Shown piece after piece: positions 39,560-53,298 of a stretch of DNA of 64,000 nt. This stretch comes from Octopus sinensis (lineage: Eukaryota). Both the position numbers and the translations under genes were made by a program. The DNA lies in contig NC_043003.1 of NCBI RefSeq assembly GCF_006345805.1, forward strand, positions 80,972,001-81,036,000. The letters are read 5' to 3'. Within the stretch, counting starts at the first letter, position 1; every line of letters begins with the position of its first letter. Under the pieces are notes generated by a model that made no database searches, had not been told where the DNA came from, and saw only the letters and a program-made list of their open reading frames with translations.

Positions 39560-40100
39560 TCGAGCTACAAAGGTAGCATAGGTTGAGAAAATATTACAAG
39601 AAAAAAAAACATTTCATCGTTGGAAAACACATCGTTAGCATCCAAGAAATAACAGAAAACATTTTGCTTCTGGCACATTATTTCAAACTAGTTTTGGTGA
39701 AGCTATTTGTTAAAGCTTTATAAAACGAAGTTCTCTCCTTCAAATAACTAAGGGTAAATTCCTTACTCTAAGTGAAGGGTAATTGAAAGCGACAATTTTT
39801 GATGGATTTTATCTCAGAATATTATTGAAAGATGAACTATTCAGAAGTTTACTTAAACCTGCTGAGAAAAATGCCTGCATCGCAATCATGTAGAAAACAT
39901 TTTGGATGATAGCAAATATAAAAATTATGAAATCTAGAGAGCAAATTTCTTTTTTCCTGCTAAAAACTCAGATGCAACGTAAATATTGAAGTGCATCATA
40001 GGTTTAATACGAAGACATTTGAAAATAAGATCGAAAAATATGCGGAAAAGAAATCTGTAACCTAGTCTCTGGAAACGGATTGACTTATGATGTCTCTTGC
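39560..40100 (+). mobile_element. Degenerate CMC/Chapaev3-like DNA transposase fragment
   Basis: FKLVLVKLFVKAL (~HIKLGLMKQFVKAL), LSEG*LKATIFDG (~LSxxKxKxGIFxG), AEKNA and LRCNVNIEVH (~LGCNMSLKVH); family name from memory of these motifs. Confidence 0.55.
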
Positions 40101-41169
40101 ACAGTAAGGTCACATCAGTCTATGCAGAACTAAAGTCTTTGTCATTGTCACAAAGGTCAAAATGGTTGTGGATGACTTAATTTTGTACACTATAACGAAG
40201 GGATCAACTATATACTATCGAAACATTAATAACACAGTAACGAAAATTCGTTGCATTGTCTTCAGATTTTACTAAAACACTTATTTTGTACACATTTACA
40301 TTGAGAAAAGAAGGAAATACCTGGAGAGAAACTCACTTCATTCACACGACAACGATTATGCCTAGCTCCACAGTCTCAGATAGGCAGTTAAACATGGATG
40401 ACGTTAAACAAATAAGAATCTCAGAGCATATCGTAGCTTGATAATCTGCCCAGTAGACGGAATTACCTCTTCAGATTTTATGAAGCATATGGAAAGCTAC
40501 AGTGTCCCGAGGCTAAGACAGGGAGAAAGCTCATGAGAAAGTATGCTGCTCAATAGGAGATAGAATATCACATTTATTACAAGGATGCTGGACAGAACAT
40601 TCGAAAATATATATAAATGCTAAATAGTGAAATGAAATATCGACAACATTACCAAGCCTCCGGAGTGTGTAACTCCACATCTTTCAACCATTTAAGGTGT
40701 GCAGAAGTGTGACATCTTAATGGATCTCTTAGCTAAATAAATGCGGGCAGAAATTTGTGGGAACTGGTAGACTTTGTTAAAAACTCTTTTTTAAATATAA
40801 CCAGATTAACACAAGAAAACCAAATATGTTACCATGACATCAATAAATCATTCAATGTGAGCCTTTTAAAAATTCTGTATCATTAAAGTAACGAGAGAGT
40901 GTTGTAGCTAGATGACATGTCTAATATTAAATATCCCACATTCGATCCTACCCTGGTAGATCCTCATTGCAATATATTTGTCCTTTATGCCATAAATATA
41001 GTATATTCATATCCAAATATCAACAATTGTCCCGGGGGGAAAATAATAATAATAAATACCCTGATACAGTATCAGACAGTGGCTCTCGTGGCTTCTGATC
41101 TTAACAGATTGGAAGTGTTATCATGTACCTTGTTTTGTCTTGGTATAAATGATGGGCTACAGCAAATAT

Positions 41170-41632
41170 TCTGCTCAATACCACAGATTTGCTTGTCAGT
41201 TGTTTGACCTTAACCAGTTGAGCATGTTCCTTAGTGGCTGACGATATGTGCATCTCTGATCACGAGCAGAAGTAGTGAGGGAGCATCATAGCCATGTGTT
41301 GAGAGAGATTCTTTGGATTTTGAATAATTCACCTCTGGAAAAATGGGTGCTTCGTTCAACATCCTTAAACAACCCTTATTCAGGGACCTTTTGAGCGGGA
41401 TGGGTTACTCGACCAGAAGAAAATTCTATCTGGGCCCCACCTGCAAGGTTGTGCGCTGTTTATCTTGATATGAGATCACCATGTCGCGCACATATGGTTG
41501 TGATGCATGTGCCTATCAGACGGGTAGTCATGATGGGTATACTGGGCTTTTTTATATTTTACCCCTGTGTCACTTTGATGGCATGCACTGCTCTCTCACA
41601 CAATAATAATAATAATAATAATTCATTGAATT
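41170..41632 (+). mobile_element. LINE 3' UTR-like interspersed repeat ending in (AAT)n
   Basis: Non-coding, higher-GC block ending CACTGCTCTCTCACAC-(AAT)n; a (TAA)n tail is typical of R4/Dong elements. Confidence 0.45.
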
Positions 41633-43171
41633 ATTAAGCAGTTCTTAACACTCACTCCTCTCTTTCATCCCAATACGTACGTATACTAAATACACAAACA
41701 TGCTTATATACATGTATGCATATGTATATATTTATGTGTATCATTACATATGGGTGTATGTGTGTATACATATCTATATGTGTGTATGTTTACATATATG
41801 TGTGTGTGAGTGGGCGTGCGTCGATTTGTATGTGTGCGCACACGAGCATATATATTCATATGAAACATAAATGTCCAATGTGATGTATACCAATGATTTA
41901 ATCTTACAGTTGTGATGGAATTAACAATTTCAGGGATATATGTGCGTTAGGCGTGTGTGCGTGTGTATGTGCGCGTGTGTATGTGCGCGTGTGTGCTAAT
42001 GTGTGTACTTACGTGCTTATTTGTGTGTGTGTGTGTGTGTGTGTGTGCACGCGTATGAAAGATTTACGAAGATGCACAGCGATTCAATAGTGATTAAATG
42101 AGAGATATGGGTAGTTTTCTATAAAAATTTCTTTCCGCAAAATTCTTATGCGCCAGTGCAGTCGTAACACACACGGAGACACGTATATATTCACATACAC
42201 GAGGGCATCAGTAGTAACACATCCCGATATACTCAACATAATTCTGTTTTATATCGTGTATTAGTAAATCGAAGTATAAGCTGAAATGATATTTCTCTTG
42301 TAGGGGGGATATAAGTTTAGAGCAATATGCATATTAGTCTCCGACTATAAAGAATAATGATGTATCCATGTACGAAATTCATATCTGTATATATGTAGCA
42401 AGGAGGTTTTTGCATATATTAGTATTTGTTTTCTCTAACCCTGTGCATGCGTGTGTATGTATGCAAGAATGGCACAAATTATATTAACAAATGAAGTTTA
42501 CAATATTAAATATACGTTATAACATATCAGTGCGTATGACATCGCAGATACTTTCATTTTCTATACTATTAAGATGAGGCACATGAAATATATTAAACTA
42601 ATCATCCGTCTGTATCGAAGAGGAGTATAACAGCTGTTCGACAAATGTCACTACCCAATCATTGTATTGCTATATAAGTAGCTGAGTATTCCACAAAAAA
42701 ATTCATTCCATCATTGACGAATTCCTTGTGGGTCGAGCTTGATGTGACAGAGAGCATGATATTTATAACACTAAGCCGTTTGTATTAGATATACAGCGCA
42801 TTTCATAGCGTTTTCATTCACAAAACTTCACACACAATGACTCGTGTCCGCATACAGGAACGCATATGCAACTGTATTTGTATGCGTGTTCGTGTTTGTG
42901 TATTTACGTTTTTATATTACGTTATATACACATTAACATCTATATGTCTGAATATATACGAGTTTAACTTTGTATGAATATATATTAGTTTTAACTGACA
43001 ATATACCGTAGGTAATGCACCCATCATGTAAACCATTGTCAGTTAAAACTAATATATATATATATAATAGGGGTAAAAAATTGAATATTAATTTGATTAA
43101 TATCAATTTAAACAAGTGGCCTAGCATTTTGAATAAAATCTGAAGATTCAGAAAAATTATATTACATACAT

Positions 43172-43237
43172 ATAAGAGGGATGACTTCTAAGAGGACATC
43201 CAATATTGGATGTCCACTTATTGGTCATCCCTCTCAT
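43172..43237. mobile_element. ~60-bp hairpin mini-MITE with mariner-like ends
   Basis: AGAGGGATGAC / GTCATCCCTCT termini within TA context, with a perfect 22-bp internal palindrome GGACATCCAATATTGGATGTCC. Confidence 0.6.
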
Positions 43238-43266
43238 ATATATGTTATATACACACACACACATAT

Positions 43267-43308
<42 letters not shown>

Positions 43309-43332
43309 ATATGTATAATTATTTTCTTTAAT

Positions 43333-43757
43333 TTGTTTTAGCCATTTGACAACGGCCGCGCTAGAGCAGCATCTTTCATCGAACAATTAGTCCTGAAGAC
43401 CTATTGTTTGTAGATCTAGTACTTATTCTATTCGTCTGTTTTGCCAAACCGCTAAGTTACGGGAGCATAAGCACATCAACATCGGTTGTCAAGCGATGGT
43501 GGGGGCCGTAAGGACCTCTGTTGGATACCCGGTGCTGCTTTTTTCTCCTTCGGCAAGACTCATTATTTCATGTTGCTCTAGTCCATTCAGTCATAATGAG
43601 TAACACCCGTATTTTAAAAGGCTGTCCCGTCACATTCCGCGTCACGCTGAATCTCCTTGAAAATAACGTTAAGCTTACGCGTGTGTATAAAGCGCTCAGT
43701 CGCATGCACGTCTATATCAGAAGCACGTAACCGTCAACGTAACCGACGGGGTGCCAC
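43333..43757. mobile_element. SINE family A fragment (-, 43333-43508) fused to a family D fragment (+, 43520-43757)
   Basis: GCCAAACCGCTAAGTTACGGG..CATCGGTTGTCAAGCGATG, then GCAAGACTCATTATTTCATGTTGCTCTAGTCCATTCAG. Confidence 0.75.
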
Positions 43758-43823
43758 TATAGTATAGTATAGCATAGTATAGAATATTATATTATAGATA
43801 GACACATAGACGGATAGACAGAG

Positions 43824-43948
<125 letters not shown>

Positions 43949-44498
43949 GATAGATAGATAGATAGATGGATGGATGAATACTGTTCTTCGACTGCTACAA
44001 GGTTACTATGTATTCACAAGTTTATGCGCAGATCTCGCCAAGTGTTTTCCAAGAAGAATGGCAACTATCTACACCACTAATTTTAGGTAAAAAGAAAAGC
44101 TCCCCATTGCCCCGGAACATATTACCACTCTTAGTTCTAGTGACATGACTCCGTAAAGCTCCGTAACTGGTCCGATAACCCACAGCAATGGTTCGTACGT
44201 TTCTTATTCATATAGAAACGATGAAAGGCAAATCTGATTTCGTCGGATTTCGAAGACAAAGTTATTTGAAAGTAAAAATTAAGAATTACACTGATGCATT
44301 CCACCCAGCCCTCAAACAAGTCTGTCAATTTGCTGCCTTGTGTCGTTACATACACAAGCCAAAATACACAAGATTTTCACACACACACACATACGTGTAT
44401 GTGTTTTATGTTTATCATCGACATATTACATATATATACAGGTTCACGCATATATATACTTACATACATGCATATATATAGCTATATCTATATATGTT

Positions 44499-44557
<59 letters not shown>

Positions 44558-44679
44558 TATATATACGCATACATATATACATATACACATTGTATATTAT
44601 TTATTATTTATTATTCAATTGAACGCGACACATCCATTTTCAAGTATGAATGAATGTGTGTGTGCGTGTGTATATATAC

Positions 44680-44777
<98 letters not shown>

Positions 44778-44889
44778 CACGCATTATATATTATTTATTG
44801 TTCAATGAACGCGACGCATCCATTTCCAAGGAAGTATATGTGTGTGTGTGTTTATACACATAAGTTTGCCTTAGCGATTTAATGATTAC

Positions 44890-45181
44890 TGTATTCAGTT
44901 CACTATCGTAAAGTCGTGAGTTAGATTTCCAGCGGTGCCTTCTGTCCTAGACAAAGCACTATATTTCGCATTGCTCCACTCCAGTCAGTTGGCAAAAATG
45001 AGTACCTGTTTCTCAAAGGGCGGGCTTTTAACACTATGTGTCGCGCAGAACCTCTCTGAGAACTACGTTTAGGGTACGCGTTTTTGTGGAGTTCTCAGCT
45101 ACCTGGTCGTTAATCTGTCGAGCTGGCTGTTCCATTGATTGGATCACTGGAACCCTCGTCGTCGTAACCCGCGGAGTGCCA
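44890..45181 (+). mobile_element. SINE family D
   Basis: Central GACAAAGCACTATATTTCGCATTGCTCC..GGCAAAAATGAGTACC and tail GGGTACGCG..CTCAGCTAC..GTCGTAACC; matches 30403-30695. Confidence 0.78.
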
Positions 45182-46499
45182 CTTATTTTTTTTTACATAT
45201 ATATATTATACACACACACACACACACACACATGCTCGCACGCATACTCATGTAATCTTATTAAATACTTCTCAAGAGGCTTGAACCAAAATACCATGAA
45301 GTGTACATCCCTCTCAAACACGTATGTGTGTAAGTGGGTGCGTGTGTTTTTCTATGTTAGCAAAAGAGAGAGAGAGAGGGAGGGAGTGACTGAGAGAGAG
45401 AGAGTGCATGCAGAGATACATCGATACATATACAAAAACACACACACAGATTTATTTGTACACGGGGAGTAACAAACTTCCAATTTTTTGAAACAATATC
45501 ATTCGTCAGTTTACATTCGATATACTGTTGCAGCAGCTTGCAGCATGCAGAGCTGCATCACTGTATCGGCACATCAACACAGCTAGCAAGGCAGAAAGAG
45601 AGTTTAAGATGGTAAGAGAGATAGAGGCAGAGACAGAGAAAGAGACAGAGACAGACAGAGAGAGGGCAAGAGGAAGAAACGGGGGGCGATTAAAACGATG
45701 GGGAGGGAGAAAGTTGTTAAGGCGCCATAGACCACCCGCGCAGCCGCATCTGCAGTATGCAAACAGCAAACCAGCAACAGCTATTTTCCACTGTCGTTCG
45801 TTTTAGCTAACTTAGCGTCTACTATGAATGAACTTTTGCTAGAGTTTTAAGATCAATTCCACTTATTAATGTATCTTTTACATCCAACAGGGCCTTGTTA
45901 TTGCACTACTTAGCCAACTTTCTCTTGGGTCACTCATTTTGACTTTCATAGAACACTTCAAACATTGTTCTATTGATTCATCGAATATTTTCAGTAAGGA
46001 TATGAAGAGAAGCGAAGCAAGCGGGACGCATGGTATCTATATTGATGATAGAAAACGTTAGAAGGATTCAAAAAGCAGCAGGAGGAGCAACAACAGCAAC
46101 AACAATAACACACATAAACGAAAACAAAACTGAAAATTAATTAATAAACAACATGGAACAAAGCCGCAAACAAAAGACGCTCCTGTGCGTAGGGAATCAA
46201 AATCGAATGAGAAAAAACGAAAATATAAACAAAAAAAAAATAAATAATTGGAATGGCGCAAAAAAGAAAATTAATGAAAACAGCAACAACAACAAAATCA
46301 TGTTAACAAAATAAGAAATCTTGAACAAGAAATTTAGTTCGATTTTTCTCGGACATTATTATAAATTTATTGCCTGTGTGCCTTTTAGGGTTACTCGTAA
46401 ATTGGGAGACAATAGCGTCTGTTGTAGTTGTGTTATGCCTATTGTTAAACATTGTTTACATATCGTTATTGTTGTTAGTTTTTGTTCTCTCTCTCTCCT

Positions 46500-46514
46500 T
46501 CTCACACACACACA

Positions 46515-46549
<35 letters not shown>

Positions 46550-46660
46550 ACATTTATTACACACAATCACATTCACACACACACACACCGCCAGCAGCAC
46601 GCGACCGTCACCGCTACCATCAATATCAACGATATCATTTTTTACCAGCAGCACCAGCAC

Positions 46661-46701
<41 letters not shown>

Positions 46702-46819
46702 CCACCATCACCCTTGTTTTTTCTTCGTGTTGCTGCTGATGTGACCGATACAGGTTATTGTTCGGAGTAGTTGATCCAGCGAGGATATACATATATATAA
46801 ATGCACACACACATACACA

Positions 46820-46872
<53 letters not shown>

Positions 46873-46901
46873 AAACACACTCACACACACATATCTGTCG
46901 G

Positions 46902-46935
<34 letters not shown>

Positions 46936-47100
46936 TATATAAAAGAAAGAGAGAGATGCATATATACACATCCACATACATTATGCACGCACACACACAC
47001 ACACTAAAACACACACACACACGTACGCACACACACACACACACACACACACTCACAAATGCACACATTTACTCGCCAGTACTCACGCACACACACGCTC
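46500..47100. repeat. Compound (CA)n, (CAT)n and (TA)n microsatellite cluster
   Basis: Direct reading; source of the spurious poly-His/poly-Met/HT ORFs. Confidence 0.95.
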
Positions 47101-47609
47101 AATAAATAAAGCCTGAAAAGAAATAACAAATAATTAATGAAACGCATAAAGCACACAACAGCGATGAACGAGTCTGTTAATGCGGGTGGTCTTATACTAT
47201 AGCAGTCATATGATCAACAGAAAGACAGACTAAAATAGCGGCGGTATCACAGTTTATTGGGCGACATACAACTTTTTTCTCTTCTTTTTATATTTATCGA
47301 TTTATTTACTTATGCTTTCTAATTTTGTTTTTTATTGTGAATATAGTTGTAGTAGTAAAAGCTATTCTTGTTCTTGTTCTTGTTGCTGCCTCTATAACGG
47401 TTGTTGTTTTTTTTTTGTTTTTTTGTTTTTGTTTCTTTGTTATGGGCGATGTGATCATGGATTTCTTTCCGTGTTGAAAAATAGTTTTTGTTTTTGTTTG
47501 AACGTTCGTGAACTAGCAAAAACCTTGTTTCACTCTCTTTATGCGTTCGGACATGTAGAAGCGGGAACTATCAAGTGTGCAGCGCGTGCACGCGTGGAAA
47601 CACATTCAT

Positions 47610-47641
<32 letters not shown>

Positions 47642-49651
47642 ACGCACACACACAGACACACGCACACACACACACGCACACATACACATGCACAAACACA
47701 CCTTTACGGTATAAACACGAACTCGCATATACGTTTGCATTCATCACGCGTGCATATGATCAGTAACATCCACGCACACACGCATACACACACACATATA
47801 TATACAAACATACAAACTCACACATATATATATATGTATGAATACATATACATATATACATATATAGCCATATAAATATATATATATATATATATATGTG
47901 TATACATATATATGTATACATATATAAATACATATATATATATATATATATATAATATATATATATTATATATATATATATATAGATAGATAGATAGATA
48001 GATAGATAAAGAAGATATTTTAACTGATAGTTTCGTTCTTATTGAAGATTTTTATTCAGGTATATAGTTATATATCCGTGTCTCTCTCTAACTTCATGTC
48101 TCTGTGTCTAAAATACGTTAAGGTAAGGACTTTTGCCGGTAAGAATGTTGGAATATGAAAAGAGGCGGAAGTGACTCGGTTAGCTAATAAGGCATCTTCC
48201 CGAAAAGTACACTGGCATAGCAAAACTGTCTAAGCCGGCCAGCTGATTCTGTCTATATCGAACTTCCCGTAAATGTGTTGATACAGGATTCATGCTTCAT
48301 AGGAAATAAGAGAAACGGAAGTAACGAAAAATAAGCCAAGGGAAAGATGTTAATGAAAGGATGTGCGAATTGTGCAATTGACTACAACCCTGTCCGTCAT
48401 TTAACATTTTCTAACTGTCGAACGTAGTCCTTGGCAAAAGCAAAACTTGACCAAATTAAAACAGTTGATCTTTCTTGCAGAAATGGTAGTGGGGCAAGAT
48501 TCATCTGATCAGTGGTGTGAAACCATCAACTGCCGTATGTTCAAAGGGTTTGCAGTTATGTAACTAATGAGAATTACACACCTATTATCGCAACAACATT
48601 GAAAAGACTCCTGGACAGTACTTAGGTTTGTTCGCACTTTCCAAGTTATTTATTTCTGCAACTCACAAATTTGACAAAAATGCAGTTCTTGGAAAAGTAT
48701 TGAATGAAATTATATGGCGGGTCCCTGAAATGTGATCAGGTGTTAACAAACTCACCGTTAGTCATGCAATGAAACCGTTAGAATACCATACCCTACTATT
48801 TCATATGCCTAGTGTTGGGCATGAGCGAGGATTTTTCTTGTGTCATTAATGAAGATAAAGTAAACAGTCTGTACTAAACAATCTGTTTTAAGGAAATTTC
48901 AGATGAAAGATTATAAATATCTTTCGTAGGATTTAGATTTAACGCTGCTACCAGAATGAGTTGAAAGGTTAAACTCTACTGCGTGTTAAGTTCGTCAGCT
49001 TGACCTGTCCATGACATGGGAAGTTAAACAAAAATGTTTCTCTCGATTCTTTCATTACCCGGATATTTTGTACAGTGCAGTTTTATCAAACCATACTTAT
49101 AATGTAAGACTGATTCATGAGTTACCTGAGTCCTTCGCAAACACGTAAAGAAAAAACACAGAACCTTTCTCTCTGTATAGTGATTATACTGAAAGAATTA
49201 CTAAAGGGAGTCAAGATTAAATAGTTTCCCACATAAGGTTTTTCAAAAATTGCTTAGAGTTCGGCTCCTTTCAAGATTCCCTGGTCAATTTTAGACAGAT
49301 TAAGCCCTCCACATGTATTTCCTACAATAATTCTATTAGTTATTGAACTGTTGCAGACATTTTGCAAACTTTCTGGTTTCGAAGTCACTTTCACCGAAGG
49401 AATGCTGGACACAGTACTTACTCTGTCACCATTTAATATTTTATTCATTATTTTGGGGGATATGCTGAAACTTTCTCGTACACTCCCATCCCTTAATTTC
49501 ATTCGACGATTTTATTTGTTTTTAATATAGTCTCACATAAATTCTACATGGGTTTCAATCGATTAAGATAGCGATCATCTATGTGAATTTTACAAAAGTC
49601 GTTGTCTTTACTTTTTGCTCCCGTGCCGGGTTTTTAAAATTCGTTCCTTCT

Positions 49652-50083
49652 ACAGACGCAAGCGTGGTTGTATGGTAAGAGGATTGCTTCAGAAATACAA
49701 GAAGGTTCAGTCCCACTGTGTGGAATATTGGTAGATTCCTTTCACTATAGCCTCAGACCGACCAAAGACTTGTGAGTGTTATCAGAAGACAGCAATTGAA
49801 AGAAGCTAGTTATATATGTGTATGTATGTCTTTGTGTGTATGAGTGTGTGTGGGGGGTGAGTGTGTACCTATGTGCGTGTGTGTGTATCCCCCACAACCA
49901 TTTGGCAACCGGTTTTGGTGTATTTACCTACCCGTAACCGTAACATAGCGGTTCAGTAAAACAACTGGTCGAGTAAGTACAAGGCTTTGAGAATAAGTAT
50001 AGGGGTCGATTCGTTCGACTAAAATTCTTCAAAGCGATGTCCCAGCATGGATGCACTCTAACACCCGAAGCAAGAAAAATAAA
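49652..50083 (+). mobile_element. SINE family A, diverged full-length copy
   Basis: Head CAGACGCAAGCGTGGTTGTATGGTAAG..GGTTCAGTCCCACTG and tail GGGGTCGATTCGTTCGACTAAA. Confidence 0.82.
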
Positions 50084-50426
50084 CCCCTTTCATGTGATTT
50101 CCCACCGACTTTTCAGCCACGTTTAATTTTGACCAGAAATTTTGTCTGAATGTACGTTTAGTTTTATGATATTCTCACTTGGCCAACCACACCAAATCCA
50201 AATCTGAATTCGCATTTATGGACTTTCTTTTCTTCCACCTGCTCTTCGTTCCACATATAGGCGCAGGAATGGCTGTCGTTAGGAAGTGTGATTTGTAATA
50301 CCGTAACTAAACGACTTCTATAGCTCTGAAACAACCATCATCTTGTGAATGTATTTAATGGACTGAAACTGTGACGAAGTGCGTTATATATATAAATATA
50401 TATATATATACGTATTTATGTATGTA

Positions 50427-50469
<43 letters not shown>

Positions 50470-51426
50470 TTATATATACATATATATATACATACATATA
50501 TATATGTATGTATGTATATATATGTATATCTATATATCGATCTATATCTATATAAATATACATAAGTGTGTGTATGTGCGCTTATGCGTGTGTGTGTTTG
50601 TGTGTGTGTGTGTGTGCGTGCGTGTGCACGCGCGCACATGCTGTAAAAACTTAAGCTTTTTAACATATTCATTATCGTTGCATTTGTACTTCCTTGCAAA
50701 GCTAACTTCTGTAAGTTACTTAACCATTGTCAGATTTTAGTTTTTCACCTCTTCTGTCTCTTACAACAGTCTACTTTCACTTTCTTTACCTCTCTGACTC
50801 TGCACTCCACACCATAAAGAATTTATTTAGTTATTTGTTACTATAGGTCTTCACGCTCCTTATTTTCAATTTTGTTGTATTCTCAGTGTGTCATTGTTTC
50901 CTAATCTCTAAATTGGTTTGTCTAGACTTTTCCTCTGCACGTGAAGGTTAAAGCCATATCACTTCATCAGAGCATGACGATTCGTGTTGTGCCAATTAAT
51001 TTTATTCGTATTAAAGTCTGTACTATTTTTGTCAACAGTGAGTCGGTTTTTGAAGCGACAGATTCCATCGATTCTGGAATACGACAACACCCTGTCCAGT
51101 TAGCTGATTATTTGCTAATTGTCATTGCACCAATTAAAACCATTGTTTTAATTGTATTGTTTCAAAAGTTCACTTTTGCCTCATGATTGGTGAAGTGTAA
51201 CTTTTCAGCTTCAATAAAACTAGATATTTTAATCGCATGCTATTTACTCCCTCTTGATTTACAATTACATGCTTACGTGTAAAGGTATATATATATTATG
51301 TGTGAGTTTGCATATATATGTGTGTATGTTTCTGTATGTACACATCAAAGGTTTTATACTAAGTTCACAGGAGCACATATTTCATTCCGACCGGTATACA
51401 TTTTCAGTTTAAAATATATTGTGTGA

Positions 51427-51852
51427 AGGCGGTGAGCTAGCAGAAACGTCAGCACGCCGGGCGAAATGCTTAGCGGTATTTCGTCTGTCGTTACGTTGTG
51501 CGTTCAAATTCCGCCGAGGTCGACTTTGCCTTTCATCCTTTCGGGGTCGATAAATTAAGTACCAGTTACGCACTGGCGTCGATGTAATCGACTTAATCCG
51601 TTTGTCTTTCCTTGTTTGTCCTCTCTGTGTTCGAATTCCGCCGAGGTCGGCTTTGCCTTTCATCCTTTTGGGGTCGATAAATTAAGTACCAGTTACGCAC
51701 TGGAAAAATAATGTAATCGACTTAATCCGTTTGTCTATCCTTGTTTGTCCCCTCTGTGCGTAGCCCCTTGTGGGTAGTAAAGAAATAGGTATTTCTGCCG
51801 TTACGTTGTGAGTTCAAATTCCGCCGAGGTCTACTTTGCCTTTCATCCTTTC
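51427..51852 (+). mobile_element. SINE family B with tandemly repeated internal segments (3 units)
   Basis: TTCAAATTCCGCCGAGGTC.ACTTTGCCTTTCATCCTTT occurs three times (~51503, ~51631, ~51812). Confidence 0.9.
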
Positions 51853-52121
51853 ACTGCTTTCCATCATTTGAGTGCTAATTCATTCAGTTCAATTCAGGTA
51901 TATTATCATTTACTACCCATCGCATGAAAATTCTGCTTCTATCATTATGCATTTTACCATAAAATTCATACATACTTATTATACCTATGCGAGTGGATAG
52001 ATAGATAGATGCGAGTGATATAGATAGATATATGTATGTATGTATTTATGTATGTATGTATGTATGTATGTATGTATGTATGTATGTATATATATATATA
52101 TATATAATAATATATATATAT

Positions 52122-52152
<31 letters not shown>

Positions 52153-52171
52153 ATATATATATATATATATA

Positions 52172-52292
52172 CGAAGGTGTATGAAACGTATTGAGCCTCA
52201 ATATATGAAACATGGTACAAGACTTCTGATGAAGGTACAAGACTTCAAGACACAAAGGCCTTGAAGGCTCAAAACCTTTCATACCGCCCTCA
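52172..52292. mobile_element. 121-bp mariner-type MITE in (TA)n
   Basis: ~27-bp imperfect TIRs CGAAGGTGTATGAAACGTATTGAGCCT / AGGCTCAAAACCTTTCATACCGCCCTCA, TA on both sides. Confidence 0.8.
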
Positions 52293-52585
52293 TATATATA
52301 TGTTTGCATATATGTATATATATATATATATATATAATATATATATATTATATAATATATATATTTGTTTGTTGAAATGGAAAGATGAATTTTCTTGTTA
52401 CAGATTATTCAAAAGTTTAACCGATACCTGGGTGGCAAAAATCACAGCAGAAAAAAAAACACGGTTGGAGATAAGACCATTTGGTGTTGCAACCGTGCGT
52501 TGGTGCGGATAATTGAAGTTTAATATAATTAGTGAATGGAAGAAATGGAGTTGAACGAAGATTGTACAGAATTCCTTTTATTACA

Positions 52586-52665
52586 TTCTACACATGTTTC
52601 AAAGGCCACAATTTTCCAAATTCTGATTAAATAAGGATACCATATTGCAGCTTTCTCTTCAGGAA
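52586..52665 (-). ncRNA. Minimal type I hammerhead ribozyme (left arm)
   Basis: TTC-CTGAAGA-GAAAGCTGCAAT...ATTGTGGCCTTT-GAAA-C-ATGT-G-TA-GAA: intact core, GUA triplet, 3-bp stem I, long stem II, quasi-palindromic ACAUGUGU stem III. Confidence 0.72.
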
Positions 52666-53298
52666 AAACCAGGAATTACGTTGTCAGAACAAAACAAAAC
52701 AGAGGCGCAGCAAAGCAATTCGAACGAGGACGCTCCTTAAGAGCCCATGAGTAAACTGTTTATCAATGTACGTTGAAATCGGGTGTTGGTGAGGGCCGAC
52801 AAAAGGTCCGTTGGAATAATTACAGGTCAGGCCGCGGTCAAATCTAGTAGGTGAGGAATTAATGAGAACAAGGGGTGTGGAAATGTTCTGTGTGACCAAA
52901 ACTAATGTTCTGAATATTTTAAGAATACAGGGTGTATTTTTTAGGGGCGAGACAAAACCTACCTAAAAGCATGTATGTGTATAGTAGCCTATGTGTGCGC
53001 GGCCGTATGTTGGCGAGGGGCGCTAGATAATGAGCACTGCTGAAAAAAGCCTGTCAGGCGGCTGAAAAAATTCTGTGTTCGTGTGTTCGTCTGTGGCCTG
53101 CTTGTCTAAAAATTAACATCGTCAAAGAATCATAAGGGTATATATAATTCCAGCGTTTGCTTCTAAAAAAAACGCCTAATGGGAGTAAATTCCCCTTGCA
53201 AGAGTTATTCATAGATTTTTTAAAAAGTTTTTTCAAAAATTATTTCCAAAAATTATTTTCATTTTAATAGGGTAACAAGGTGTTAATTGTCTTAGGTA

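Noticed and set aside
46321-46870. ORFs with poly-His, poly-Ser, poly-Met or (HT)n
   Set aside because: Translations of (CAT)n and (CA)n microsatellites in multiple frames.
49254-49502. 82-aa minus-strand ORF (MKLRDGSVRES...)
   Set aside because: No known motif and no plausible splice sites; length is within chance expectation.
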